This document shows, in pieces, positions 1 to 14,155 of a DNA stretch of 64,000 nt. A program made the translations under genes and the position numbers. Each line of letters opens with the position of its first letter. The first letter of the stretch is position 1. The stretch lies in the NCBI GenBank assembly GCA_963824305.1, contig CAWGOW010000002.1, positions 118,413-182,412 on the forward strand, read 5' to 3'. The DNA comes from an uncultured Alphaproteobacteria bacterium (GTDB taxonomy: Bacteria > Pseudomonadota > Alphaproteobacteria > Rhizobiales > Xanthobacteraceae). Under the pieces are notes generated by a model that worked only from the letters and a program-made list of their open reading frames with translations, did not search any database and had not been told where the DNA came from.

Positions 1-3373
<3,373 letters not shown>

Positions 3374-3374
<1 letters not shown>

Positions 3375-4075
3375 TGTCGGTCGCCAGCTATCTCGAACGG
3401 CGTGGAGAACTCGAGACCTATTTCGACCGCACCGCGGTCGATGCCTGGGCCCGATTGACCTCCGATGCTCCGGTGGGACGGATCCGCGCCACGGTACGCG
3501 CTGGCCGCGATGAGATGCGCAACACGCTATTGTCGTGGTTGCCCGCGAACATGAGCGGCGCGCGCCTGCTCGACGCCGGATGTGGTACGGGCGCCTTATC
3601 GATCGAGGCGGCGCGGCGCGGTGCCCGGGTCGTCGCCATCGACCTGTCGCCCACGCTGGTATCGGTCGCGCGGGAACGCATCCCATCGGATCTCGATGCA
3701 TCCGCTATCGAATTCAAATCAGGTGACATGCTCGACCCCAAACTCGGTCGTTTCGATTATGTCGTCGCGATGGATTCGCTGATCCACTATCGGTCTGCCG
3801 ATATCTGTCGGATCATGGCGGGATTGGCCGGGCGAACCAATGAAACTCTGCTGATTACGTTCGCCCCCAAAACTCCCGCTCTGGCTTTGATGCACGCGGT
3901 CGGTCGGCTTTTTCCCCGGGGCGATCGCGCGCCCGCAATCGAACCCGTGGCCGAACAGAAGCTGCGCCGGCTCTTGATGTCGGATGAAGGTCTTGAACGC
4001 TGGCAGCTGGGCCGAAGCCGTCGGGTTGCCAGCGGGTTCTACAAATCACAGGCATTGGAGATGATTCCCCGATGA
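3374..4075 (+). CDS. bchM: Mg-protoporphyrin IX O-methyltransferase (BchM)
   Basis: 233 aa with the SAM-binding motif LLDAGCGTGALS and conserved PGC position. Its start overlaps the bchL stop (TGATG). Confidence 0.9.
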
Positions 4076-5505
4076 CCCGGATCGCAACGACATTCGCAAA
4101 AGGCTGGATGCGGCTCGGCACCCGCTTCCTTCCCTTTGCCGACGCGGCGACCAAGGAACTTCCGCTCGGTCGTTTGCTGCGGCTGTCGCTGTTCCAGGTG
4201 TCGACCGGCATTTCTATCGTGCTTCTCAATGGCACTTTAAACCGGGTCATGATTGTCGAACTCGGCGTGTCGACCTTGCTGGTCTCGCTGATGGTTTCGC
4301 TGCCGCTGGTGTTCGCGCCTTTCCGCGTGCTGATCGGATTCAAATCAGACAATCACCGTTCGGTGCTGGGATGGCGGCGGGTACCGTATATCTGGATGGG
4401 CACGTTGGTGCAGTTTGGCGGGTTTGCGATCCTGCCGTTCGCACTGTTGGTATTATCGGGGACCGGAGAATATCCAGCCGTCTACGGTCAATTCGGCGCG
4501 GCGTTAGCCTTTCTGTTGGTCGGTGCGGGCATGCACACTGCGCAGACCGCGGGCCTGGCTTTGGCAACTGACCTTGCGCCGGTCGAAGCGCGGCCGCGCG
4601 TCGTTGCGTTTCTTTACGTCATGCTGTTGTTCGGTATGGCCGGAAGCGCACTGATGTTCAGCGAGTTGCTGCGCAACTTCAATGAAATTCGTCTGATCCA
4701 GGTGATTCAGGGCGTTGCCGTCGCACAACTGCTGCTCAACATTGCCGCGCTTTGGAAGCAGGAAGCGCGCAATCCTTCGCTGACGTCGGCCGCCCGTGAG
4801 CGGCCCGAATTCCAGCATTCGTGGGCCAAGTTCCGCAACGCCGGCGGATCGGTTCGCGTCCTGGTTGCGCTGGCGCTGGGCACGTCGGCCTTTTCGATGC
4901 AGGACATCCTGCTCGAGCCGTACGGTGCCGAGATTCTGAAACTGACGGTGGGCCAGACGACAGCGCTGACGGCGTTCTTTGCGCTGGGTACGCTGGCGGG
5001 TTTTGGCATCGCCGCAAGGACGCTCGGACGCAACGCCGATCCGTATCGTATCGCGGGATTCGGTGCTGTCGCCGGGGTGTGTGCCTTCTCGGCGGTGATA
5101 TTCTCCGCGCCCTTGAGTTCCGTGTTGTTGTTCCGGATCGGCACCGCATTGATTGGTTTTGGCGGCGGGCTGTTCGCGGCGGGTACGCTTACGGCCGCGA
5201 TGGCGCTGGCGCGGGATGGCGAGAGCGGACTGGCGCTTGGCACCTGGGGTGCCGTACAGGCGACCGCGGCTGGCAGCGGGATCGCGGTCGGCGGCGGCCT
5301 GCGGGATGCGGTGTCGTCGCTTGCGGAAAGCGGCGCGCTGGGCCGCGCGCTGGCCGACCCCTCGACCGGTTACAGCGTCGTCTACCACATCGAAATCGCG
5401 TTGTTGTTTGCCACTCTGGTTGCGATTGGTCCCCTCGTGCGCTCGGCACGAAGCGGCTTCTCGCAGCACTCATCCAAATTCGGCCTCGCCGAATTTCCAG
5501 GTTAG
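4072..5505 (+). CDS. lhaA: PucC/LhaA-family MFS-like protein (LH1 assembly factor)
   Basis: 477 aa polytopic membrane protein located between bchM and puhA, the canonical lhaA position. ATGA overlap with bchM. Confidence 0.85.
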   Translation: MTRIATTFAKGWMRLGTRFLPFADAATKELPLGRLLRLSLFQVSTGISIVLLNGTLNRVMIVELGVSTLLVSLMVSLPLVFAPFRVLIGFKSDNHRSVLGWRRVPYIWMGTLVQFGGFAILPFALLVLSGTGEYPAVYGQFGAALAFLLVGAGMHTAQTAGLALATDLAPVEARPRVVAFLYVMLLFGMAGSALMFSELLRNFNEIRLIQVIQGVAVAQLLLNIAALWKQEARNPSLTSAARERPEFQHSWAKFRNAGGSVRVLVALALGTSAFSMQDILLEPYGAEILKLTVGQTTALTAFFALGTLAGFGIAARTLGRNADPYRIAGFGAVAGVCAFSAVIFSAPLSSVLLFRIGTALIGFGGGLFAAGTLTAAMALARDGESGLALGTWGAVQATAAGSGIAVGGGLRDAVSSLAESGALGRALADPSTGYSVVYHIEIALLFATLVAIGPLVRSARSGFSQHSSKFGLAEFPG

Positions 5506-5526
5506 TCAAAGAGAGGGAGGTCTCTC

Positions 5527-6294
5527 ATGCAAGACGGTGCATATCTAGACGTAGCTCAGGTCACCCTTTACGTGTTCTGGATTTTCTTCGGATGCCTGAT
5601 TTACTACCTTCGCCGCGAAGATAAACGGGAAGGCTATCCGCTCGACTCTACCGCGTTGGGCGGTGGCGTCGTGCACGGTTTTCCGCGGATGCCCGATCCG
5701 AAAACCTATTTGCTGCGCGACGGACACACTGCGACGTTGCCGAACCACAAAAACGACCGTCGCGATGCGCCTGTGGCTCCCGTCGCGCCATGGCCCGGCG
5801 CGCCGCTGGGGCCGACCGGCAATCCGATGCTCGATGGAGTCGGGCCCGGGTCGTATGCGGATCGCGAAGACGTTCCCGAACTCAACATGGATAACGTACC
5901 CTGTATCGTTCCGATGCGGCTGGCGGAGGGCACTTACCTTGAAGCCCGCGATCCCGATCCGCGCGGCATGAAGGTTATGGGCGCAGACAGCGAGACCGGC
6001 GGCGTTGTCACCGAAGTCTGGGTCGATCGCGCCGAGGCCTTGATCCGCTATCTCGAAGTCGAAGTCACGACATCAGTGGGTGCAAAGCGTGTGCTCCTGC
6101 CGCTGCCGTTCGCGAAGATCGACGGCCGTCGCGGCAGGGTTTGGGTAAATGCAATTCTCGGCAGCCAGTTCGCCGATGTCCCGGCTACCAAGAGCCTCGA
6201 TCAGGTGACCAAACTCGAGGAAGACCGCATCGTCGGTTACTACGGCGCCGGCACGCTCTACGCCACACCCGCACGCCAGGAGCCGCTGCTGTGA
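5527..6294 (+). CDS. puhA: Photosynthetic reaction centre H subunit
   Basis: 255 aa with one N-terminal TM helix (VTLYVFWIFFGCLIYYL) followed by a PRC-barrel-like domain. GGAGG lies 8 nt upstream. PGC context. Confidence 0.92.
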   Translation: MQDGAYLDVAQVTLYVFWIFFGCLIYYLRREDKREGYPLDSTALGGGVVHGFPRMPDPKTYLLRDGHTATLPNHKNDRRDAPVAPVAPWPGAPLGPTGNPMLDGVGPGSYADREDVPELNMDNVPCIVPMRLAEGTYLEARDPDPRGMKVMGADSETGGVVTEVWVDRAEALIRYLEVEVTTSVGAKRVLLPLPFAKIDGRRGRVWVNAILGSQFADVPATKSLDQVTKLEEDRIVGYYGAGTLYATPARQEPLL

Positions 6295-6968
6295 AACAGG
6301 ATTATCGGCAGTTCAAGGATTTGCAGCTCAAGGAGTTGCCGGCACCGTTGCCCGCCGGCGAACGCGTGATCTGGCAGGGCAAGCCCTCGTTCAAAGGGCT
6401 GGCATTGCGTTCATTCCACATCCGCGAGGTGGCGCTCTATTTTGGTCTCCTGACACTGTGGAAGTTGTGGTCGAGCTGGTCTCACGGCGGCTCGTTCGAG
6501 GAAACAGCCACTTCCGTTCTGTGGTTGGTCATTCCAGCCGTCAGCGCGATTGCGGTCTTGGCCGGTCTGGCGTGGCTGTTCAGGCGGGCGGCCTGTTACA
6601 CTATTACCACCAAGCGGGTTTTGTTTCAGTTCGGCGTGGCGCTGCCGATGACCATGAACATCCCACTGAGCAAGATCGCCAACGCCGCATTGAAGACCTA
6701 TCGCGACGGCTCGGGTGATATTCCGCTGAAAGTCTCCGACCCCAAGCGGGTGTCATACGTGTTGCTGTGGCCGCACATCCGTCCGTGGCGGTTGCGAGCA
6801 CCAGAACCGATGTTGCGCGCGTTGCCGGACGCCGCGATAGCGGCCGCTCGACTTTCCGAAGCTTTAACCGGGCAACCCGGCCCAGCAGCGGTCGCGGTGT
6901 CGCAATCGGCCGGTCGCAACTTTGTTTCGGACGCGGCCGCGAACACCCCGTCGACAGTCGCAGCCTGA
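6291..6968 (+). CDS. puhB: Photosynthetic complex assembly protein PuhB (PH-domain membrane protein)
   Basis: I place the start at GTG 6291, which overlaps the puhA stop (GTGA). The listed ORF from 6141 would overlap puhA by 150 nt. The product has 2 TM segments and is the conserved puhA-downstream gene. Confidence 0.8.
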   Translation: MKQDYRQFKDLQLKELPAPLPAGERVIWQGKPSFKGLALRSFHIREVALYFGLLTLWKLWSSWSHGGSFEETATSVLWLVIPAVSAIAVLAGLAWLFRRAACYTITTKRVLFQFGVALPMTMNIPLSKIANAALKTYRDGSGDIPLKVSDPKRVSYVLLWPHIRPWRLRAPEPMLRALPDAAIAAARLSEALTGQPGPAAVAVSQSAGRNFVSDAAANTPSTVAA

Positions 6969-6980
6969 TCGGAGAAACGC

Positions 6981-7439
6981 ATGAGCCAAACCGTGCAAGA
7001 GCCTGTTGTTCCCAAAGGTGGAGTCCTCGCGGCTGCGGCGCTGGTGCTTTTCTCGCTGGTGACCGTCACCACCGTGCGGTTGACCGGAATCGGCGAGGTG
7101 CACGTGACGCGTCCCTCCGCCGTGCAAAGCCGCGATCTTCAATTCGCGGATGGCAACAACGGTGCCGTGCTGGTGTACGACGCCAACGACCATCAACTCG
7201 TCGACACGCTTGCGCCTGGCAGCAATGGTTTCATTCGTGTCGTCTTGCGTGGCCTTGCGCGCGAACGAAGACTTGGCGACATCGGCTCGCAGCCACCGTT
7301 CAGGCTGACCCGATATGCCGGCGGCCAGATCACGTTGACCGATACTTCGACCGGCAAGCTGATCGATCTCGGTGCGTTTGGGTCTACCAACACCGAGGCC
7401 TTCGCCCGGCTGATGAATCTACACGGCGGTGCCACATGA
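6981..7439 (+). CDS. puhC: Photosynthetic complex assembly protein PuhC
   Basis: 152 aa with a single N-terminal TM segment (VLAAAALVLFSLVTVTTV), in the conserved position after puhB. Confidence 0.8.
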   Translation: MSQTVQEPVVPKGGVLAAAALVLFSLVTVTTVRLTGIGEVHVTRPSAVQSRDLQFADGNNGAVLVYDANDHQLVDTLAPGSNGFIRVVLRGLARERRLGDIGSQPPFRLTRYAGGQITLTDTSTGKLIDLGAFGSTNTEAFARLMNLHGGAT

Positions 7440-7741
7440 CAATGCCTTGGATCGGCTCGCGCCAGTCATTCGATGTGCCCTGCACAGTGGAGATCGAGCA
7501 GACCTCAGAAACCTTGCACGCCCATGTCGTGCTCGACGGCGATATCCAGATTCAGCCGGGTGACGAAGTTCGGGTTCATGACGCTCCGACGCATGTTGCG
7601 TTCGGCGAGCGCTTGGTGGTGCGACGGACCGCAACCGTGGTTCGCGCCGGTCCGCTCGACCGGTTGCGTGCGCGGCTGGAAGGTTATCTCGAATTGACAG
7701 AGCTCTACGAAGTCAGTTTCTCGGATGGGAGGGCATCATGA
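7436..7741 (+). CDS. Small conserved PGC protein directly upstream of acsF; candidate BciE-like auxiliary subunit of the O2-dependent cyclase
   Basis: 101 aa ([22 protein letters not shown]...). ATGA overlaps with both puhC (7436-7439) and acsF (7738-7741). The listed ORF from 6767 is an artefactual 5' extension across puhC. The BciE assignment rests only on position and size. Confidence 0.55.
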   Translation: MTMPWIGSRQSFDVPCTVEIEQTSETLHAHVVLDGDIQIQPGDEVRVHDAPTHVAFGERLVVRRTATVVRAGPLDRLRARLEGYLELTELYEVSFSDGRAS

Positions 7742-8841
7742 TCCCGATGGAAGGTGGCACTCAGGGCAATCTGCAGCCAAGTATACGCGCAGGCATAAAA
7801 GGAAGCGCGGAAAGCACGGAACTGGCCCGTGAGGACACGATCCTCAGCCCGCGTTTCTACACAACCGATTTTGAGGCGATGGATCGGCTCGATGTCGGCT
7901 TGGTTCGCTCGGAATGGAATGCCGTAATCCGGGAGCTTCGCGCGGATCATAACAAGTCGCATTTCGTCAAGACCGATGAATTCAAGAATGATCTGGAGAG
8001 CCTGCCGCCTGAGCTGCGCAAGGAGTTCAAGGACTTTCTGGTGAGTTCGCTGACCGCCGAGTTTTCCGGCTGCGTGCTCTATGCCGAGATCAAGAAGCGG
8101 ATCAAGAACAAGGATATTCAGGAACTCTTCAGCTACATGAGCCGTGACGAGGCGCGCCATGCCGGCTTCATCAATGAGATATTGAAAGACCACGGCATCG
8201 GTGTCGATCTATCGTTCCTCACCAAGGTGAAAAAGTACACTTACTTCCGGCCGAAATTCATCTTCTATGCGACGTACCTGTCGGAGAAAATCGGCTATGC
8301 GCGCTACATCACGATTTTTCGGCAGATGGAGCGTTATCCAGAGCGGCAGTTTCATCCGATCTTTCGTTGGTTCGAGTTGTGGTGCAACGACGAGTTCCGC
8401 CACGGCGAAGCCTTTGCGCTTCTGATGCGAGCCGATCCGTCACTGCTACGCGGAGTGAACAAGCTCTGGATCCGGTTCTTCCTGCTCGCGGTTTTTGCCA
8501 CCATGTACGTGCGCGATCATATGCGGCCGGCGTTCCATGAAGCACTGGGAATGGATCCGACCGACTACGACATGCAGGTGTTCCGCATCACCTCGGAGAT
8601 CTCAAAGCAGGTATTTCCCGTGACGCTAAATCTGGACGATCCGCGTTTCCTTGCGGGTCTTGAACGCCTTCGGCGCGTCTCCGAGGAGATCGCCGATGCC
8701 CGTGCGAGAGGCGGCGTCTTCTCGAAAGTAAAACGTGTAGGGCTTGCGGCCCGGGCGGCGCTTACATTTGCGCGACTGTTTTTGTTGCCGACGCGGCCGA
8801 ACGCATTGCCGCGCGATATCTGTCTGCAGCCGGCCTGGTGA
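7738..8841 (+). CDS. acsF: Aerobic Mg-protoporphyrin IX monomethyl ester oxidative cyclase (AcsF)
   Basis: 367 aa with di-iron carboxylate motifs ([20 protein letters not shown]). PGC context. Confidence 0.93.
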   Translation: MIPMEGGTQGNLQPSIRAGIKGSAESTELAREDTILSPRFYTTDFEAMDRLDVGLVRSEWNAVIRELRADHNKSHFVKTDEFKNDLESLPPELRKEFKDFLVSSLTAEFSGCVLYAEIKKRIKNKDIQELFSYMSRDEARHAGFINEILKDHGIGVDLSFLTKVKKYTYFRPKFIFYATYLSEKIGYARYITIFRQMERYPERQFHPIFRWFELWCNDEFRHGEAFALLMRADPSLLRGVNKLWIRFFLLAVFATMYVRDHMRPAFHEALGMDPTDYDMQVFRITSEISKQVFPVTLNLDDPRFLAGLERLRRVSEEIADARARGGVFSKVKRVGLAARAALTFARLFLLPTRPNALPRDICLQPAW

Positions 8842-8853
8842 GGATTGCACGGC

Positions 8854-9867
8854 ATGGCCTCGTATATGGTCCCTCCAGTCTATGCAGCCTTCATATGGTG
8901 GTTTAGCACCGGAACCGTGCTGTTGCTGGTCGGCTGTGCCGGACGTTTTGTCCCGTTAAGGATTACGATCGCCGTATTTCTGGTCGCGGCGTCGTTATGC
9001 GGTCTGGCTTACAGCGCAGGAGAAACCAGTATCGGCGGCGCCTATATCGCCTTTACCAGCACGATCCTGTTATGGGGCGCGCAAGAGATCGTGTTTCTAT
9101 CAGGCTGGGTGACCGGTCCACGACCAATGCCGTGCCCGGGTGGTATGATGGGGTGGAAACGCCTCGGCCCAGCGATTGCGGCGATCCTTTATCACGAACT
9201 GACGTTACTGGCATGTGCTGCTGTTATCGTCACGTTGACCTGGGGCAACGCAAACCAGGTTGCTCTGTGGACGTTTGCCGCGCTCTGGGTGCTGCGGCAA
9301 AGCGCCAAAATCAATTTGTTTCTCGGCGTGCCCGTCACCAACGACGAGTTGATGCCGCAACCGGTGCAATTCCTGAAGACGTTTTTCATCCGCAAGCCGG
9401 TCGGCGCATTCTTTCCGATGTCGGTCACCTTGGCGACCGCCGTTCTCGTGATTCTGATCCAGCGCATCGTCGAGGTCGCCGCGACCCCGTTCGATGTGGT
9501 CGGCCTGACGCTGGTTTCGACACTGTTTGCGCTCGGCGTTGTCGAGCATTGGTTCATGCTGCTGCCGCTGCCGGCGATTACGCTGTGGGGGTGGGGCATG
9601 CGCTCGGGTTTCCCGCCGGAGGACGCCACCATGAAACAAGAACCAGACGCCAACGCCACCGATGCGACGCCACCCAATCTCGTCGTGCTTGCAAATGTGC
9701 GCGGCGATGTAGCGCCTTCGAGGCCAGCGCACGCTGCCTGCGCGCGTCAGCGGCTTGAAGATCAGTTTCGCCAGAGTTTTCACGAGCAACATGCGCGGGA
9801 AAGTCTGACGACCGGGCTTGGTATCGGCGAGGCGCCGGTAGCGTCGATTAACGGGAGGACGTCATGA
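8854..9867 (+). CDS. puhE: Photosynthetic complex assembly protein PuhE
   Basis: Polytopic membrane protein between acsF and hemA. I prefer ATG 8854, which has GAGGA 9 nt upstream, over TTG 8845. It carries a hydrophilic C-terminal tail of about 80 aa, and its stop overlaps the hemA start (ATGA). Confidence 0.8.
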   Translation: MASYMVPPVYAAFIWWFSTGTVLLLVGCAGRFVPLRITIAVFLVAASLCGLAYSAGETSIGGAYIAFTSTILLWGAQEIVFLSGWVTGPRPMPCPGGMMGWKRLGPAIAAILYHELTLLACAAVIVTLTWGNANQVALWTFAALWVLRQSAKINLFLGVPVTNDELMPQPVQFLKTFFIRKPVGAFFPMSVTLATAVLVILIQRIVEVAATPFDVVGLTLVSTLFALGVVEHWFMLLPLPAITLWGWGMRSGFPPEDATMKQEPDANATDATPPNLVVLANVRGDVAPSRPAHAACARQRLEDQFRQSFHEQHARESLTTGLGIGEAPVASINGRTS

Positions 9868-11075
9868 ATTACGAGGCCTATTTTCGCCGGCAACTTGAAG
9901 GTCTTCATCGCGAGGGACGCTATCGTGTCTTTGCCGATCTGGAACGCCAGGCCGGCGCTTTTCCCCGAGCACGGCATCATAAGCCGAATGGCGCCGGCGA
10001 GGTAACGGTATGGTGTTCCAACGACTATCTTGGTATGGGCCAGCACCCCGCCGTGCTCGCAGCGATGCATGAGGCGCTCGACAGTTGTGGCGCAGGCGCC
10101 GGCGGCACGCGTAATATCGCCGGCACCAATCATTATCACGTGTTGCTGGAGCAGGAACTGGCCGCCCTGCACGGCAAGGAAGCCGCGCTATTATTCACGT
10201 CGGGTTACGTCTCCAACATGGCGTCGCTGAGCACGCTGGCCTCTCGGATGCCGGGATGCACCATCCTCTCCGACGAACTAAACCACGCCTCGATGATCGA
10301 GGGTATCCGGCACAGCCGCAGCGAAACGCGGATCTTCGCCCATAACGACCCCCGCGATCTTGAACGCAAGCTGTCGGACCTGGACCCGCATGCGCCGAAG
10401 CTCGTGGCTTTCGAATCGGTCTATTCGATGGATGGTGATATCGCCCCCATCGCTGAGCTCTGCGACGTCGCGGACGCCTACAACGCCATGACTTATCTCG
10501 ATGAAGTTCATGGTGTTGGCCTCTATGGCCCGAATGGCGGCGGTATCGCCGACCGAGAAGGGGTTAGCCACCGGCTTACCGTGATCGAGGGGACGCTTGC
10601 CAAGGCGTTCGGCGTCATAGGCGGTTACGTCGCAGCCTCTGCCACAATCTGCGATTTTATCCGCAGCTTTGCCTCCGGTTTTATCTTCACAACGTCGCTG
10701 CCGCCCGCAGTGGCTGCCGGCGCGCTCACCAGCATCCGCCATTTGAGGTCGAGTGCCGCGGAACGCGATCGGCATCAGGATCGCGTGGCTCGTCTACGTC
10801 GCCGGCTCGATGAGGCAGGCGTTGCGCATCTCGATAATCCCAGTCATATCGTGCCGGTGATGGTCTGCGACCCCGTGCTTTGCAAGCAAATCAGCGATGT
10901 GCTGATCGATAGGTACGGCATCTACGTCCAGCCGATCAACTATCCGACCGTGCCCCGTGGCACCGAGCGGTTGCGCATCACGCCGTCACCGCATCACACC
11001 GACGCTGATATCGAGCATCTCGTACATGCGCTCGCGGAAATCTGGGCAGAAGTCGGGCTTGCCAAGGCGGCTTGA
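9864..11075 (+). CDS. hemA: 5-aminolevulinate synthase
   Basis: 403 aa alpha-oxoamine synthase fold with the PLP-lysine context [13 protein letters not shown] and SVYSMDGD. It is the last gene of the PGC block. Confidence 0.92.
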   Translation: MNYEAYFRRQLEGLHREGRYRVFADLERQAGAFPRARHHKPNGAGEVTVWCSNDYLGMGQHPAVLAAMHEALDSCGAGAGGTRNIAGTNHYHVLLEQELAALHGKEAALLFTSGYVSNMASLSTLASRMPGCTILSDELNHASMIEGIRHSRSETRIFAHNDPRDLERKLSDLDPHAPKLVAFESVYSMDGDIAPIAELCDVADAYNAMTYLDEVHGVGLYGPNGGGIADREGVSHRLTVIEGTLAKAFGVIGGYVAASATICDFIRSFASGFIFTTSLPPAVAAGALTSIRHLRSSAAERDRHQDRVARLRRRLDEAGVAHLDNPSHIVPVMVCDPVLCKQISDVLIDRYGIYVQPINYPTVPRGTERLRITPSPHHTDADIEHLVHALAEIWAEVGLAKAA

Positions 11076-11107
11076 TGCCGACTGCTCATGGCATCTTGAT
11101 TTCTGCT

Positions 11108-12079
11108 TCACGTTTTCCGGGCGCGGGTGGGTACTCGGGTCAAGCGAAGCCTGCCGTGGGTGCGCGGCAGGAATTGCGCGCCCCGGACGCTAAGAAATTC
11201 CAGCATCGCGCGGGCAGGGGGCAGCAGCACCTTGTCCTTGCGGGCGAGGACAAACCATTGCCTGACAACGGGGAGACCGTCGACATCCAGTGTTACGAGC
11301 CGTCGCTCATCGAGTTCGGTCGCAACCGTATGTGCCGAGATAAACGCGATACCGAGGCCGGCGATGACGGCCTGCTTGATGGTCTCATTGCTGCTCATGG
11401 CCATGCCGATGGTGGGGCTGATGCGTGCGGTTTCGAACAATTGCTCCATCAGGCCACGGGTGCCGGATCCGGGCTCGCGAGTCAGGAAGGTTTCATTGGC
11501 GAGGTCAGCCGGCGCAATCCGGGATTTTCGCGCGAGTCGGTGGCCTGTCGGCGCGATGATGACATGCGGATGATCGCCGATCAGGTGCAAATCCATGTCG
11601 ATATCTGCCGGCGGCCGGCCCATGATAGCGATGTCGAGATCGTAGCCGCGCAGCGCCATGCCAATCTCCTGCCGATTTCCGATCGACAGCGTCACGTCGA
11701 CGTTCGGATGCAGTTTGGAAAATCCGGAGATCATGAAAGGCACGAAATACTTCGCGGTGCTGACAGCGCCGATCGAAATGCGTCCGGCTGTTTTCCCCGT
11801 CATCATCTCAATCGAGGTTTCGCAATCGCGGATCGCAGCTTCGATGCGCTCGGAAAGGGCGAGTACGTCGCGCCCGGCGTCGGTCAGGAGCATGCCGTCG
11901 CTGGTGCGCTGAATCAGGGGAATGCCGGCAAGCGTTTGCAGGTTCTGGATTTGCAGCGTAACGGCGGGTTGTGTGAGATGAAGCTCTTTGGCGGCGGCGG
12001 TGACCGAGCCATGCTTTGCGGCCGCGGCCAGCGCGCGCAACTGACGAAGGGTCAATTCCCGTACGAACCGGCTTGCCAT
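11108..12079 (-). CDS. cbbR: LysR-family transcriptional regulator of the cbb operon (CbbR)
   Basis: N-terminal wHTH (LTLRQLRALAAAAKHGSVTAAAKELHLTQPAV) and divergent orientation to cbbF. I prefer ATG 12079, which has a G-rich SD, over the ORF-track start at 12112. Confidence 0.88.
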   Translation of the reverse strand: MASRFVRELTLRQLRALAAAAKHGSVTAAAKELHLTQPAVTLQIQNLQTLAGIPLIQRTSDGMLLTDAGRDVLALSERIEAAIRDCETSIEMMTGKTAGRISIGAVSTAKYFVPFMISGFSKLHPNVDVTLSIGNRQEIGMALRGYDLDIAIMGRPPADIDMDLHLIGDHPHVIIAPTGHRLARKSRIAPADLANETFLTREPGSGTRGLMEQLFETARISPTIGMAMSSNETIKQAVIAGLGIAFISAHTVATELDERRLVTLDVDGLPVVRQWFVLARKDKVLLPPARAMLEFLSVRGAQFLPRTHGRLRLTRVPTRARKT

Positions 12080-12102
12080 CGCGACCCCCCTTATAAGAAA
12101 TA

Positions 12103-12119
12103 CTTTGGTCAAACCAAAG
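12103..12119. promoter_or_regulatory. Candidate CbbR operator: perfect dyad CTTTGGT-CAA-ACCAAAG containing an LTTR T-N11-A box, flanked by direct ATAAGAAA repeats
   Basis: Read directly in the 147-nt cbbR/cbbF divergent intergenic region. ATAAGAAA occurs at 12093-12100 and 12120-12127. Confidence 0.6.
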
Positions 12120-12226
12120 ATAAGAAAATTTCACTAATTTAGCAAATTGGGGTGTGGTGAGAGACGATCTGCCAAACGGCAAGACGTTTGAATGGCCCCG
12201 AAGAGGGCGGCGACAGGGGAACGGCC

Positions 12227-13264
12227 ATGGACGAACGCGAGAACCTGCGTTCGCATCTCGATCGGGTAGCGGCGCGTCTGCCTAACGGACCTGCGGTCGC
12301 CGATGTGATTGAGGCGATTGCAGCTGCGTCGATCGAACTAGGCGACCTCATCGCCGATGGGCCGCTGGCCGGCATTACCGGTCGGACTGGTGGCCTGAAT
12401 TCGGACGGCGACCAGCAAAAGGACATCGATCTTGCCGCCGATATAATGATGCGCCGCGCGCTACATATCGCACCTGTCGCCGCGATTCTCTCCGAGGAAT
12501 CCGAACTTCCGGAAGTCCTCGATAGCGGCGCGCCGCTGTGTATTGCGATCGATCCGCTCGACGGCTCCGCCAATCTCGAAAACAATATCTCGGTCGGCAC
12601 TATCTTCTCGATCCGCCCTTGCGGCAGCGACGTTCTCTCCACGTTTTTCGAACCCGGAACTGCACAATGCGCTGCCGGCTTCGTGGTCTACGGACCTCAG
12701 ACAACGCTGGTGGTCGCGCTCAACAACAGCGTCGATATTTTTATTCTCGACCGGCGTGTCCGCGAATTCTTGTTGATCGCGCGAGGCATCAAAATTGCGC
12801 CAAGCACGCCCGAATTCGCTATCAACGCATCCAATCGGCGGCACTGGCATGGACCGATACGAGCCTACATCGACGATTGCCTCTCCGGCACGTCTGGCAA
12901 CGGTGAGGCGGATTTCAACATGCGCTGGATTGGCTCCCTGGTGGCAGAGTCGATTCGCATTCTCGTTCGCGGCGGCGTGTTTCTCTATCCGGCAGACGCT
13001 CGTCCGGGTTATCGCGAGGGACGCCTGCGCCTGCTTTACGAAGCGCATCCGATGGCATTGATCATGGAATGGGCGGGAGGTGCCGCGACGACCGGACGCC
13101 GGCGCATTCTGGAGCTTGCCGCGAGGACGCCACACCAGCGCGTACCACTAATCATGGGCTCAATGCGGGGAGTGGGCGACGTCGCTGCTATTCACGAAGG
13201 CATTGAACCGATGTTCGACAATAGCGACGCCCCGCTGTTCGCGCGGCGCGGCTTGCTTCGTTAG
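12227..13264 (+). CDS. cbbF: Fructose-1,6-/sedoheptulose-1,7-bisphosphatase, class 1
   Basis: DPLDGSANLENNISVGTIFSI metal-binding motif and first position in the cbb operon. The start is ATG 12227 (345 aa) or ATG 12188. Confidence 0.9.
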   Translation: MDERENLRSHLDRVAARLPNGPAVADVIEAIAAASIELGDLIADGPLAGITGRTGGLNSDGDQQKDIDLAADIMMRRALHIAPVAAILSEESELPEVLDSGAPLCIAIDPLDGSANLENNISVGTIFSIRPCGSDVLSTFFEPGTAQCAAGFVVYGPQTTLVVALNNSVDIFILDRRVREFLLIARGIKIAPSTPEFAINASNRRHWHGPIRAYIDDCLSGTSGNGEADFNMRWIGSLVAESIRILVRGGVFLYPADARPGYREGRLRLLYEAHPMALIMEWAGGAATTGRRRILELAARTPHQRVPLIMGSMRGVGDVAAIHEGIEPMFDNSDAPLFARRGLLR

Positions 13265-13279
13265 AACGTGAAAGAGCCG

Positions 13280-14155
13280 ATGTCGCGCAGCTATCCCATC
13301 ATATCGATCACAGGTTCATCGGGCGCCGGAACGACGTCGGTCAAGAAGACGTTCGAGAACATCTTTCGACGCGAACGCGTAGCCGCGGCCTACATCGAGG
13401 GCGATGCCTTCCATCGCTATAACCGCGCCGAGATGCGCGCGAAAATCATGGAGGAGGGCGAGAGGGGTAACAAGCATTTTAGCCACTTCAGCCCGGAAAC
13501 CAATCTTTTCGAAGAACTTGAAAAATTGTTTCGCGATTATGCCAAATCCGGCACCGGCACAACGCGTCACTACGTTCACGACGATGAAGAAGAGAAATTA
13601 TACGGGGCACCGCCTGGTACCTTTACCGAATGGGGACCACTGCCGGGAAAGTCCGATCTGTTGTTCTATGAGGGCCTGCACGGCGCTGTCGTGACCGACA
13701 GGGTAAACGTGGCGCAATATGCTGATCTCAAGATCGGCGTCGTGCCAGTTATCAATCTCGAGTGGATCCAGAAGCTGCATCGCGATCGCAACGATCGCGG
13801 CTACACCGCGGAGGCGGTAACTGACACGATCCTGCGTCGGATGCCGGATTACGTGAATTACATCTGTCCGCAATTTTCTGAAACCGACATCAACTTTCAG
13901 CGCGTTCCCACGGTCGATACGTCTAACCCGTTCATTGCCCGGTGGATCCCGACTCCGGACGAATCGATGGTCGTGATTCGGTTGAAAAATCCCCGAGGCA
14001 TCGATTTCCCCTATCTGCTCTCAATGATCCCCAGCAGCTTCATGTCGCGCGCCAATTCGATTGTGATCCACGGTTCCAAGCTTGACCTTGCGATGCAACT
14101 CATCCTCACCCCGCTGATCCTGCAACTGATCGAACGCAAGAGGCGCACGGTATGA
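13280..14155 (+). CDS. cbbP: Phosphoribulokinase
   Basis: P-loop [11 protein letters not shown], about 291 aa, cbb operon position. I prefer ATG 13280 over GTG 13268. Confidence 0.92.
   Translation: MSRSYPIISITGSSGAGTTSVKKTFENIFRRERVAAAYIEGDAFHRYNRAEMRAKIMEEGERGNKHFSHFSPETNLFEELEKLFRDYAKSGTGTTRHYVHDDEEEKLYGAPPGTFTEWGPLPGKSDLLFYEGLHGAVVTDRVNVAQYADLKIGVVPVINLEWIQKLHRDRNDRGYTAEAVTDTILRRMPDYVNYICPQFSETDINFQRVPTVDTSNPFIARWIPTPDESMVVIRLKNPRGIDFPYLLSMIPSSFMSRANSIVIHGSKLDLAMQLILTPLILQLIERKRRTV

Noticed and set aside
11072-12142. A 356-aa ORF on the + strand covering the whole cbbR locus
   Set aside because: It is antisense to a clearly recognisable LysR regulator. The product is Arg/Gly/Asp-rich with no motif, a typical GC-rich shadow ORF.
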